DNA from: Yuukianura sp. NJ FZ-2021
Taxonomy: Eukaryota
NCBI GenBank assembly: GCA_046563655.1
Contig: CM102290.1
Location: 9,486,001 to 9,550,000 of the forward strand
Reading direction: 5' to 3'
Length of the DNA stretch: 64,000 bases
The notes under the pieces were generated by a model. It worked only from the letters and a program-made list of their open reading frames with translations, searched no databases and had not been told where the DNA came from. A program made the translations under genes and the position numbers. Shown here in pieces: positions 1 through 12,700 of this stretch (position 1 is the stretch's first letter; each line of letters starts with the position of its first letter).

Positions 1-3000
1 CAAGGTATTCACGAGCCAATCTCAACTACGACAATTGTACTTCCAGTATTCCGGATGTAACACGTGATTCTGTAAACCTTAACACGCAAAGTGATGATTT
101 CCACCGCGTAAAGTGATGTTAAAACATTTCGTATAACTTATACGACAGAGACTGCAGTGAAATGTGAACGTTCTTAAACGATTTTTTAGTTGAGTAAATT
201 AATAAATAATATAAATGTAACATACCGTAAAACTTCTGCTAATATACGTTCCGGCTTGTATTATTTCACATTAAAAATTTCACCGTTTAAAATTTTGAAA
301 CCGAAAAATCAAGCAAATTGTCCAAATTTTGAACGTTTTAGGAGGATTTTTTCACAAATTAATTGTCCGATTGATCGTTCGTTTGAGAGCGGCCTTTATG
401 TCAACTTTTCCGGTTTACGTCCGGCTTCTATTGGACACCGACTTTTATTAGAAGTTTTACGGTAATCACAAATAGTAGATAGTTCTGACATGTTGCAGAA
501 AGTTATTCAAAGTAAATGTTAAAGTTAGTGTATGTGGGCTATGTGCATGCTAAAATTGGAACTTGTGATTTGTAGTGTCAGCAGAAGAGTTTGTTTTTGG
601 AATTTGATTTCTGAAATGTAAATCCAATCATTTTGAGTTGACAATTTTAAAAAGTTGCTTAATTTATTTAACGTTCTCCTCTAGTATACGTCTTTTTTTT
701 TGTACCCTTCTCCAAATGTAGTATATTAAAACAAAAATGTGAAAATTGTAAAACCTAACCTTTCCCAAGGTGTGTCCTGTTTTCAGTTTCATTGAAATGA
801 AAAGAAAGTCTGAGTACTAAACATTAGACATGGCATATCATTGGCCCATTTCCATCGTTTGGAACAATTTTCACTAAAAACATCAACGTAACACAAACCG
901 ACTTCACTTGTTGCAGTTTTGACATGACCTACAGAAATTTTGGCAAAGAAAAACTTCAATATTGATACCTTATTCCCCGTGTTGCAGTTCAATTCAAACA
1001 TTCAAACTCCCTTTTTGTTAAAAACCAGTTTTATTTTTTCAATGATTCATTTTTGAAAGCATTTTTGATTTTTTTTGTTTCCCATCATACAATACTACAG
1101 CGAAAGAGGCGTATGACACTCCTTTTTGAGGAAAACTTTCTTCATTATGCAGTCATGATTTTTAGAAAAAAATCTTTTTCGTATTTGAAGTTAACTATAT
1201 TAAAAAAAAAGTTGATATGAATTACAACAGAAGTTGAACATTGAATGCACAAATGTCTTACACAAATATTCTGTTAATTCTTTCTTTTTTTTGCGAAACG
1301 CTTCATTTTGTGATGTTTCGTTTTTGAGTTTGTTTATTAAACTTCTGATTTTGTGCAACTAAAGCTGAAAGTATAATTGAAAACCTACAATTGGGAACTT
1401 CAAGTGAAGATGAAACTTGGACTATTGAGGTTCATTTGTATGATGGTGACCTCGTGACCCAGTGAAGAAACCGGTAGAACAAGCCGGGGTACTTTGTGTG
1501 GATCTGCATCTATGTTTTTCCCCTATGTTAAGTCAATTACTAAATAACTACCGAATAAATTCAGACTTTGAACGAATGTTGAAGTGAAACGTCTTGGCCT
1601 GTATCACTTTATGGTTCCTAAAGTAGTTACTCCCACTAATAATACAACTTACCCAAACTCACCAGTCTCACACCTCGTTTCCTTTTCCTTTTATTTTCAT
1701 TTTGTCTTCCTCACTCACTATCACTACCAAGGAGGCACTGGCAACAAATACTAACGCCAATTACACTTTTTAAAAGTTTAAAACTAAAAAATTTCCTAAG
1801 TTTGTTAGATATTTTGAAGAAAGTGGAGACTAGTCAAAGCGAAAACGGAAATCTTGGCTATATCACTTGGGATTTGGGAATGAAAGTGATTTGAAATTAT
1901 ACTTTCCAAAGTGCTTTTCCTCAAGGAATGTAAGGATAATTCGGATCCGCAACTTTCATATCAGTCCAAACCTTCACCACCACAATCCGTCGTATTTGAA
2001 TTCGGTATGAGCATTACTCAATTAGTTAAGATATTTTATTATTATTTTATTAGTATAAGTATTATTAACTAATTTGAAAAGATGGCCATGGTATGCCGTC
2101 AGGGATTGCTTTGGTTCCAGCATCACAGGAACATTGGAGGACTATAGTTATTACATTGTTTTCCGTTCTCACGGTTCATACCAATTGTTTAGGAAATGTA
2201 TCCGTAATATAATGTGTAATTAAGTTAAATAAATTAAGTTAATTGTTAAATTAAGTAAATGTAGAGTTTCGTATGGATAAGCGGGACGACGCCGTTATTC
2301 CAAATTCGCTGTTTACATTTTCTACCCGCGAAGTTCATATGCCGTTGACTTTTACTTTCCCTAGGCCTCAATTGTTTGTTTTGGTAAGCCTACTTCCTAC
2401 CTGTTAGTGAGGCATCGATTAATTAAGTGGTTTTTAGTTAATTAACGTTTGCCTCAACGCATTTTCTAAATTTCATACATGTAGAAATTGAAATTGTCTT
2501 ATTGCCGATTAACTTCTAATAGCCTCGTCAGTAAATGATCAACAATTTGGTTCAATTTTGAAGATTCACATGACTCCATTGTCTTTTTTCGTATAAAGAA
2601 ATTGGTCCAGCTGACCGCTGAATAATCGACGCTGATAATAGGTGAGTTGTAGTGAATGATTGTCTGAGTGATGATTGAATGAGTGACTGATTGATTTAAA
2701 TTTCAAACTTATTTCCAATGTAACTGGTAGGCAACCTAAAGTGATGACAGTGACAACGCTTGTCGTACTGGCTCTTGCTGACACGAAGTGAAATGTCATT
2801 AGGAATACGATGGCATGAATTTTATTAACTTCCAATTTTACGAAACACGCAATTTGATTGTTAAAGCATTTTTAAACGCTAACATTAGCTGTTATTATTA
2901 ATATTTAGGTCAATCATACCAATCAATGATAAATAACTTTAGCAGAACAATGTAATCTTATTGGGAAATGGAATTTGGTGTTTTGATCCTGTTTTATAGT

Positions 3001-4115
3001 ACTGATTGTTAGGTTTAATTATGACCTTTTAGCTGAAATATTTGAAGTGCCAACTTTTACTTTTGTGTTACTAAATATTGCCCTACTTATTTTTTTCCCT
3101 AAAGATTTAGGTCAGAGGCGTTAACAATTATTTTTTTCACTAAAAAAATCGATAGCCATTTGATTTGAGGTATAATTTATAACTAATATGATTTATAACT
3201 TATAAATCATAAGAGTTGCGTCCACTCCACTTTTTTTTTTGGGTAATTATAACTACAATTTGTTCTGCGTTTTCAATTTCCGTATACCCAATTTTTTTAA
3301 CTTTAAGTTAATTCCTAGATTAAAATGTAAAACAATTCAACATTCACATTCGGTCGCAATATCCAACAAACTAAACTATTATACTTGCATGAAGCATGAT
3401 TGACTTTATTCTTAAACTCTTAAGTTATTCTCAAAATTAGATCGCAAGTACATGTCACAATAATTGCGGATTGAGTTACTTTTCAGTTGCGTATATTTCA
3501 AGGTTGTTTGTGATTTGCTGGCCGTTGACTCTGTTTAGACAAAGGAAAAGAAAACATTTACAACATTACAACCTAATTAACATTTCAAAATGAGAAGTTG
3601 TTGTTACTGCACTTAAAACTACAGAGAATAATCGCTGAAATATTCTTTCATGTAAAGTCGGATTAAATCTTGAGCATGTACAAAGTCAATTTTCCTATGG
3701 ATTACTAAACTCTTATCGTTATTTCAAACCAATCTACTAAAAGTGCCATGTTATACTGTTTTATTATTAACTGTTGTGACACACCTAAAAGACACGAAAC
3801 CTTGGCTAACATATCGTGTAGACGCTAGGACTTATTTAGCAAATCCAACTCCCAGTATTGCAACATGTTTAGCTTTCAGGCAAACACGCAGTAACAACAA
3901 GCAACTGGCTTAAATACCAGTTTATCAATGTATCTCATGGATAAATAAGGCGTTCACGACTTATTCCGCAAGTTTCAGTTGGGCTGATTTGCTAAAACAG
4001 TCACGGTTGGAAGCTCTCGCTTGAGGGTTACAGAACCAAAGGGATTTTGTTAAGTTTTGAAACGAAATCCATTTGACCTCAACTTTTTGTTTTGCACAGG
4101 TTACCTCAAAGGAAA

Positions 4116-6603
4116 ATGAGAGGTCAACATGTACTGGAGCTACTGAGCGTACTACTGCTCATACTTCTTCCGTACAATAGCCAGTCTTTGGAGAATGGCT
4201 TAGCAAAAACTCCACCAATGGGATGGCTCGCCTGGGAAAGGTTCCGTTGTAACACAGACTGTGTCAATGACCCCGAGAACTGTATCAGGTAAGCTTAATT
4301 TTGAACAACAAATCTAGTTGCAAGTATTTAAAAAGTAAGAATCTAAACTCGTTTTGAGTGAAAATATGTCTGTTTTGTAACTTTCAGTGAGAGACTGTTT
4401 ATGCGCATGGCGGATCTGCTCGTAAGCGAGGGATACGCCGCCGTGGGATACGAGTACATAAATGTTGATGACTGCTGGCTGGCAAAGACACGTTCTGCTG
4501 ACGGGAAGCTTCAGGCTGATCCTGAACGATTTCCCAGTGGCATAAAGGAGCTTTCTAATTACGTAATTGAAACTCACAATTTAATTTACTGTTCAAAATT
4601 AACGTTTTCCCGTTGTGTCCACCAGTGATTCGCATGTTACTTTGTCACAGGTCCATGCAAAAGGTCTCAAATTCGGCATCTACGAAGACTATGGCAACTA
4701 TACTTGTGCTGGATATCCTGGAATCCTAGGTTACCTCGAGACTGATGCAAACACATTTGCAGAATGGAATGTAGACTATGTGAAACTGGATGGTTGCTAC
4801 TCTCATCCGGTGGATATGGATCAAGGTAAAATAAAATTCCTCGAAGAATTCCCTGTAGGCATTCCACACAATTTGCTTCATTTGTTTTGTGTTTTGTTTC
4901 CAGGATATCCGGAGTTCGGGTATTACTTAAACCAAACCGGAAGGCCCATGATTTATTCTTGCTCTTGGCCAGTTTACCAAATTTATAGTGGTATTGAGGT
5001 ACTGACGATGAGAAGTTTTTGTTTCCTATAAAAAACATCGCACTTGAATTTTTTTTTATTAATTTCTAAACTCATTTCTATATAGCCAAACTACACAGCG
5101 ATCAAAACATCTTGCAACCTTTGGCGAAACTTCGATGATATTCAAGACTCTTGGCAAAGTATTCAAACAATTATTGACTACTATGGAGACAACCAAGACA
5201 ACATCGTCCCACATGCAGGACCAGGACACTGGAACGATCCAGACATGGTGAATTTTTTCGACAATATAATAATGAGAAGTAAGGAGTATCATTATCAATT
5301 ATCAATTGTGTCTTCTTTACAGTTGATCGTAGGCAACTTCGGCTTGAGTTACGAACAAAGCAAGTCGCAAATGGCACTCTGGGCAATTTGGGCGTCTCCG
5401 CTCCTCATGTCTGTCGATCTCAGAACGATCAAGCCTGACTACAAAGCTATTCTACAAAACCGAAAAATCATTGCTGTGAATCAGGATATTTTGGGAATAC
5501 AGGGAAGGAGAATTTACAAGGTAAAATCCTTTTTAAAATTTTCTATCACGAACGGAGATAAAGTTTAATTTGTTTTTAGGAAAAGGGAATTGAACTATGG
5601 GCTCGTCCGATTACTCCAGTATGATCATTTTTCGAAACGCAACATGCTCTCTTTCGTGGTTTACTTCATAAGTGTTCTTGTCGCTCTTAGGTAGTGAAGA
5701 TTGACTTTTCATATGCCATCGTGTTCCTCAATCGACGTACCGATGGAACGCCAAGTGAAGTCTCAGTCAAATTAATTGAACTTGGACTTTCTCACGAACA
5801 AGGTTACCGTGTCGAGGATCTCTACTCCAACAAGGTAACTTGCCATTTATGAAGTAGCGAAAGCTACTTTATGGATCCACCTTCTCTGTCTGTCTGGCCG
5901 GCATGCCGTTTGCGGCAATTATCTCGGAAGCATTTCCGGGATCTGTGTTCACTAGTGAGCACTGGGTAACTCGGGGGGTTTTCACTAATGGATATTATTC
6001 CGGTGGGTCAACTCTTTCCGGGTCAAAGGTCAAGGTCAACTGGGTTTATCCCCGGTAACATAGAAAATGACATCCACAAAAGTTGCTCCTCTCATCGAGA
6101 CAAACAACCTTTGTGTATCTCATGTGACCCTAAGTGAACTCCTTCCGAGTCAAAGGTCAACTTGTTTTTTCCCCGTGCTAACTATGGTCATTATGGCTTA
6201 CAATGGTGGGCCAAAATGAGTCGCCAATCGCCATTGGGTGGGCGATTGCAGCGCCATCTTTCGGTACTTTCTTACACTCCGGGCCACAATCCTATTTAAT
6301 TTACGTTTAGACTGGTGTAACTTTTGTTTTCTCAATTAGGACTTTGGCGTCCTGATGCCATACGACAAGGTGACAGTTGATGTCAACCCGTCTGGATGTG
6401 TTATGCTAAGATTTACTGTTGGCGCTGCCTATATCAAGAAACCCCTTCCGTTCATCGCCACCAATGTCGTGGATCAGCAGCTACAGCACCTCCCACCCCA
6501 CGTACAGTGGCTGTCCAGGTATCCTTCGGTGGGACGCTCACTCACAGTCGAAGGACATGATCACCATAGCAAGGACGCTCATCCAATGCACAGCGAAAAT
6601 TAG
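4116..6603 (+). CDS. NAGA: Alpha-N-acetylgalactosaminidase / alpha-galactosidase, glycoside hydrolase family 27 (9 coding exons, ~474 aa)
   Basis: Exons 4116-4288, 4388-4562, 4651-4825, 4904-4998, 5086-5247, 5323-5520, 5580-5618, 5691-5834, 6340-6603; all introns are GT-AG and phase-consistent (1425 nt). Signal peptide followed by [36 protein letters not shown] (nucleophile Asp), WRNFDDI (acid/base Asp) and [18 protein letters not shown] resembles NAGA (SCSWPAY) more than GLA (SCEWPLY). An acceptor at 4098-4099 suggests an upstream non-coding exon. Confidence 0.93.
5852..6295. mobile_element. Putative non-autonomous Helentron/DINE-like insertion in NAGA intron 8
   Basis: 5' hairpin AAGTAGC-GAAA-GCTACTT (5852-5869), short CTGT microsatellite (~5885-5895), internal imperfect direct repeats containing GTCAAAGGTCAA (~6010-6062 and ~6137-6184), and 3' hairpin CAATCGCC/GGCGATTG (6225-6248). 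This intron is 505 nt, whereas the others are about 60-100 nt. Confidence 0.45.
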
Positions 6604-7112
6604 TAGCTGCGTAACAGCCATAACTGTTGTTTCCTAAAATAATTGTACTCATTTTAACGTATGTAATTTAATGCTGCGTAAAGATTATGCTACTGTGTTA
6701 CTTAAGCTCTGCTATCATCGATGGACAATTTTAGTTTCAAACATGGTGCCTTCAATTCTTGAATATTCCCAATAACTTATTCGATGTGGATTCTGTAATA
6801 GTGTGATGGTGCTTAACCTCTGACTATATTTTTCTCAACTTCTGTTGAACTGTCAGAATATTATTCTTGTAATTACTTGGAAAGTGGTGCAAAATAGTAC
6901 AAAAACGTTTCACCATCTTAACTTACCTTTTTTGCTCAAGTAATTTCCTACAAACCAGCACATTCATATTCATTTTCATTTCTGTTGTAATAAATTATAG
7001 CAATAATTCTACAACAAATTCTTTAGGATCACTCCTCACAAGGAACAAAGTTTTGTGGCGTTCAGGGGTCACATGGCTTCGGAGACAAAGAATGAGAGTG
7101 GAGAAAAATAAA

Positions 7113-7182
7113 CTGCCGAGTGGGATTCGAACCACATTTCTTCGATCCGGGAAGCACTATAAACCACTGAGCTATCATTCTC
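7113..7182 (-). mobile_element. tRNA-derived SINE head or tRNA pseudogene
   Basis: The minus strand has a Pol III A box (TAGCTCAGTGG) and B box (GGTTCGAATCC) at tRNA-like spacing. No acceptor stem or anticodon arm can be formed. Confidence 0.55.
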
Positions 7183-7199
7183 CTGTCTACAAACAATCG

Positions 7200-7379
7200 A
7201 AGGGATTTTTATTACAATAAATTCTCTAAATAAACCTCAAACCTTTCTCCACTCCCTGTCGTGGGCCTCAGTGAGGCTTCCTTTAAGGCCACACTGAGGC
7301 CTCAGTGAAAAGAAATGGAGAAAGGTTTGAGGTTTTTAGTTGCTTGTTTAGAGAATGTACTGTAATAAGAAAACCTTCC
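7200..7379. repeat. Foldback inverted repeat / MITE-like palindrome
   Basis: Perfect 20-bp inverted repeat AAACCTCAAACCTTTCTCCA (7232-7251) / TGGAGAAAGGTTTGAGGTTT (7316-7335). Inner pair GGCCTCAGTG/CACTGAGGCC and imperfect outer arms. Confidence 0.7.
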
Positions 7380-7977
7380 AGGATTTTTAAATTTAGCGAA
7401 GTTATAAGTATATCGGAAAAAATATTGCCTTAAAATAGGCGAAATATTTAAATGTTAAATATTTTTAATCAAAAACCTCAAAATATTTAGTTAATTAACA
7501 TTAAGGGCATGGGAAATCAATAAATATTTAATATTAGTAATAAAAAAGCCCAAAATATTGGTTTCGCTAACATGAAACTATCGTATTATAATAGTAAATA
7601 CCTACACATTGTATTGGACTACTGCAAAGTGGTTCATGAAGACAAACTGCTTCGAAAACTCAGCCAAATGCGTTTTTACTTATTAAAGGCATATCGATCA
7701 AATCTGTGAAAGAGTTGAGCGGGCGGTGGAAAAATTGCCGACGAGAGTAAAAATAAATGCAAAAGGTCGGTGAGAGAGTAGGTGGGCTAGGAGAATGGAG
7801 AAGTCATACTTGGGATGGGATTAGTTTAGTGTTTTCGATTAACGTAGAATCAGTTTCTTTGGAGTTGTATCGGTTTCAACCGGTAATAGGTTTGGTATTC
7901 AGTGCCTCATCATCGCACTCTTCTACGTGACAGGATCGGTTGTCGTACGTCGTCCCCAGCTGTTGGATAACAACGAT

Positions 7978-8857
7978 ATGATCAAAGCTATTCTCGTTTT
8001 CAATAACCATGGAAAGCCTAGGCTTTCCAAATTCTATGTACACATTGTAAGTGCAGTTATTTAATTGACAACGAAATAACAGGAATATGAAACAGTTGTA
8101 CTGCTTTATAATTTCAGGAAGAAGAATTGCAGCAACAAATTATAAAAGAAACATTCCATTTGGTTTCACGACGGGACGACAATGTGTGTAATTTCTTAGA
8201 AGGGGGAAGGTACGTCGGGCCCTCGAGCCGAAGAAACATTGTGAAGTATCTTCCATTACTTATGCATGATTTTTGTTATATTTTCAGTTTAATTGGAGGA
8301 GCTGACTACAAACTCATCTACAGACATTATGCTACGCTGTATTTCGTTTTTTGCGTAGATTCATCAGAGTCGGAGCTTGGAATTTTGGATCTTATACAAG
8401 TGTTTGTTGAGACACTCGACAAATGTTTTGAAAACGTCTGTGAGCTGGATTTAATCTTTCATGTCGATACCGTAAGGAAGCTTAATATCGAATTTCTTGT
8501 CCTGATGTTGATGGTATACTAGTGCATGTAATGACTGAAAACGTTTATGACTGAACAGGTTCACTACATTCTAAATGAGTTAGTAATGGGGGGAATGGTG
8601 CTGGAAACAAACATAACGGAGATATTCACGAGAATTGATGAGCAAAATAAGCTAGAACGTCAAGAAGTAAGCTAGTTTCAGTTGAGGACTTTGAATTTCA
8701 AACCAATATCAAAATATGCCTTCATATTTTTTAGGCGGGTATTTCAGCTGCTCCAGCGCGAGCTGTGTCGGCAGTTAAGAACATGAACATTTCACAACAA
8801 ATCAAAGACATCAAGCTTCCGGATCTTCCGCAGGCAATCAAGGATTTGAAGTTCTGA
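7978..8857 (+). CDS. AP3S: AP-3 adaptor complex subunit sigma (5 coding exons, 191 aa)
   Basis: Exons 7978-8046, 8118-8209, 8288-8471, 8559-8666, 8735-8857. Protein MIKAILVFNNHGKPRLSKFY...YRHYATLYFVFCVDSSESELGILDLIQVFVETLDKCFENVCELDLIFH...NELVMGGMVLETN...APARAVSAVKNMN...IKDLKF matches the sigma-3 adaptin signature. Confidence 0.97.
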
Positions 8858-9706
8858 TAAAACAAGAAATGCTTTAAGCGTTAAGGAAGAATACATGTGA
8901 ATTTCCAATTCCACGAACTTTGGCATATTTTTACTGAACTTGTTGTAATGCAAAAACCATTCCTGTCACAGTGGAATATCAATCATTAAAATGAAACCGA
9001 CGGAGATACACCACTATTTTTGTAAATTCAAACTCGTAAGTTGATTTTATTTGTTCTGTTTTCACTGAAATGTTGACGGATGGCAATGATGAGAGTTTAA
9101 CTTAAACCTTAAACGTAAACTTGAACCGTAGCCTAAAATCTTCTGTCGCCAGTAGAATTTTTTTTCCTTTTAGAATTGTTACATCACAGACAGATGCTAA
9201 CTTACTACAAGGAAGTGACTCGAAACATGTTGATGGCGCAGTAGTAATAGTTAAAGTTAGCAGTAACTCAACACAATTATTCTATACAAAAATATTAACT
9301 TTTAATTGATTCGCATTGGGTTACACTGATAAGTAGAGTTCGGCATGCGCTTGCGCATTATTGAAGGTAGCTCAAGTGACGCTTTGACGACTGCAATATG
9401 TTAAATGCCGACGTTCTTTGGCTGCTCCCAAGAATTGGGGTCGTTTGAGAGAGGTCGCTGTGTCACAACCAAACATTAATAATATGACTAAAAATTCTTA
9501 CTTTTACGAGATATCTTACTGTAAACGATAAACTCCGAATTATAAAATAAGTTAAATTATCTGTTGTAGTGTAATTCTACTATGCCAAGTATAAGTGATC
9601 GCTCAGTTTCAATTGTTCCAGCAGTGTCCAGGTGAGATCGCACCTTCATGTTTGTTACTCCAGACAAAATCCGGAAGTAATCTCTGACTTTGGTTTGATT
9701 TTCGAT

Positions 9707-12700
9707 TTAGGTGGATCCAGTACTCAGCCGCCCTTTGTTGTTTGAATTGGAATCCAAGAGATTAGCTGGATTGTGACCGGAGAGATGTCCAGAATGAACG
9801 ACTACGGCATTGGGAATGTCTTTAGTGTCGTGCAAGTGAGGAGGTGTCAAATTGGAGCTTAATATATTGTCATCGTTGATACTTTGACTATGGAAGGTTC
9901 GTCGAGCTGGAGAAGACATGAGGGCTTCTTTGTCAACGTCACTGAGAAGTGGATACTCCGTGGAGGACACAATGTTACGTTGGGATTGGGACAGACTCCG
10001 GAGACTGGAATTGGAGTTGACATGCGGGAACGTGGCTGTGGATGACCTGTTGATGAGTAGTTGACTCACACTGCGTGTCGTAAGTGGTTGATTTGGCAAA
10101 GACTGTCCATCAGTACTTCCTTGCGGGAGGACACTCTTGAGCTCATCTTCTGGTTGTCGATCTTTCTCTCCATTCAGCCAGTACGTTGTGACGCGCCCCT
10201 TGCCCTGTCCAAGACAAACAAAACAAGTTGAAAGCGGGGATAAGACAGACTTCAATTACATTGAGTGCCCAAGAAGAAACGGGCTTGCCAAAAGCAAATC
10301 GGAACAGTACAAATCCCTGGTTGCTGGATATCTTCAGCGCCTAGAGTACCCACTAAAGATTAAAATTTGCAAACACCTTTGACAAGGCCAATGGAAATCT
10401 TAATTTATTTTGTGTTAATTGCAGAGTTCGTTTTAATCATCAGAAGCCTCTCAAGACTCTTTCCGACAAAATGACTTCGGAGTATCCAGATTTTCTGCAG
10501 CGACAAAACCTCCCTCCCAAACCTTCACCGGCGATATGCATTCCAGAACCGACCTGAGGACTTGGAAAGTGAGGATTGAGGACCAATTACGCAAGAACTC
10601 TATTTCCATTGCTTGCTTCTGGACCATACTGAATTGGAGTGTTATCAATTCCTTTGGGAAGAAACGATAAGTAACCAGAGGCATGAAATCAGGTTTAAGG
10701 CCTAACAGAAGTCTTTCTCCAGGAAAGGACCAAGGGAAATAAATAGAAAAAGTCTTTGTGTCGGGGGCGTCAGAGACCATTAGTGGACCAGGAAGAGTCC
10801 CTTCGCTGGACGTTGTGGGAATTGGAGAAAGTGGGCGGTGAAAGTCGAATGGAACTTCCTTTTCCGTTGCTAAAAAATACACTGGAATAGGTTGGTTCCT
10901 GGAAGTCTTAAGTCTTCCACTTTCTTCCAGCGTCTATCAAGCGGATTACCGCACTTCCTGCGTTGGAAAGCCAAGAGCAACAAAATATTTAGGCAGCAAG
11001 GCTACGCTTTACTTCACAATTGGGTAATAAAAAGGCTAGGAGTCCCTTGAGGGGTCAACACTCAAATCCTAATCAACTGGATTTAAGGGACACTGGCAAC
11101 AGTGACGAAAAGATGAAAACTGTAAATCTACGAAAGCCCAAGACTTGCACCAATCAAAAGTTTTGTTCCTCAAGAGCCATACAATTTTTAAATCAAATAT
11201 TCTGAGCCGGTCATCCGGAGGTCAAAAATTCACGATACAGATTAGGAATACCATGGGGATTGTTAGGAGCAATTTGGCTTAGAACCTTTTAAGATTATTG
11301 AGGTCAAATTGCTCTTGAATTATTTGGATGCCCTGGACATGCTATTGATGTTCTCCAGCCGAACAGGTTCGGAGGGAAAATGGAAGGAAAGCCTACAATT
11401 TTAGCACAGACGCTACACAACACAACGGCCAACACGTTACATCGAGTGATGCACTGCTTCGATTTATACGAATCGTCTACGGAGATGAACATCTCAGAAT
11501 AAGTTGAATAAAAAGTTGCAACAAACCTTCATTTCCACCTCCCCCCTCAGTTCAAGGAGAAAAGTTCCAAACTGATCCAGGATTCGTTTTGTTACTGGAC
11601 TCACATGGATTTTCAATGCTAAAATTAAAAGTAGTTTCAAAGACCATGAGCAAAGTTTCCACTTAAATTGAGAAATTGTTCAATTAGAAAGTTTGGTTAA
11701 CTTACGCAGCCCGTTGGACTCCATTCTTGAGGCCGTATTTACAGTGTCACCAAATAGGCAATACCTAAAATTCAAAATGTATTCTTAAATCCATTTCATT
11801 TTAGAAGAAAGAAATGAGTTTTTCAGGAGTTTTTTTTTAAATTCACCTTGGCATCTTCTGTCCTACAACTCCCGCACAAGCTGGACCTGAAATTTTTTAA
11901 AAACTTATAAATAAAAATTTTAGTTAAATTTTTTTAAAGAATCTGAATGCAAGTTTCTCTCAAGCAAACAAATTTTGCTGTTTCTGAAATTCAATTGGAA
12001 TACGGTTTACGAAAAAATCAGATTTTGACATGCCGAGATTTGGTTTTTGAGATTGTAATGAAATTTTGAAGTGAGAAGTTGACATGGGATAGGTGACAAA
12101 TGACCTATACGGGATGACCTGTCTTCTCTAATTTAACGAAGAGTTGGTTGAGTGAGTCTTTCTTTTATTTTATGGAAGTAGAGGGGAAAGTTGACTCATT
12201 AGATCCCGTCCTAATTAATTCTGATGGAGGTGGATCCTTTCCCTTGACAACCTGTCACTTCCATTTTCAGGGCAACGGACAAACATCTCCTGTCACTTGC
12301 TAAGTCCTTGGAAGTAATTGTAATTAAGTAAAAGTGTCACTTGACAACTTTCCCCACTTTTACTTACCTGAATGCATCCCAATCCTCAGTTTGAGTTGCT
12401 CATTTGGTCGATGACGAATAGTGAATTTTAGGACGGCGTTCCGGAGGGCCAGAGCCATGCGAGCAATTTCTCTCGCATGTAAAATCCCATTTCTTATAGG
12501 TAATCCTGTCAAACAAAAATTCAATTATAAATTAATTCTCATTTTTAAATTTCATTTTTGACTAAATTTCGAAATATTCTTTGAATCAAACTTAAGCAAT
12601 TCTCACCTGAGACAACCATGTAGGCATCCCCGATTGTCTACAAAAAGAAAAAGATCAAAGTATTTGAAAATTGCAGAGCCGTCGAAACTGAAAAGTCATC

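Noticed and set aside
1..60. Open frame ending in TAA at 58-60, possibly the last exon of an upstream gene
   Set aside because: Only 19 codons at the window edge, with no recognisable motif.
12070..12358. Repeated GTCACTT/AAGTTGAC motifs and an 11-bp inverted pair GGGGAAAGTTG/CAACTTTCCCC
   Set aside because: Too degenerate to define termini or a TSD.
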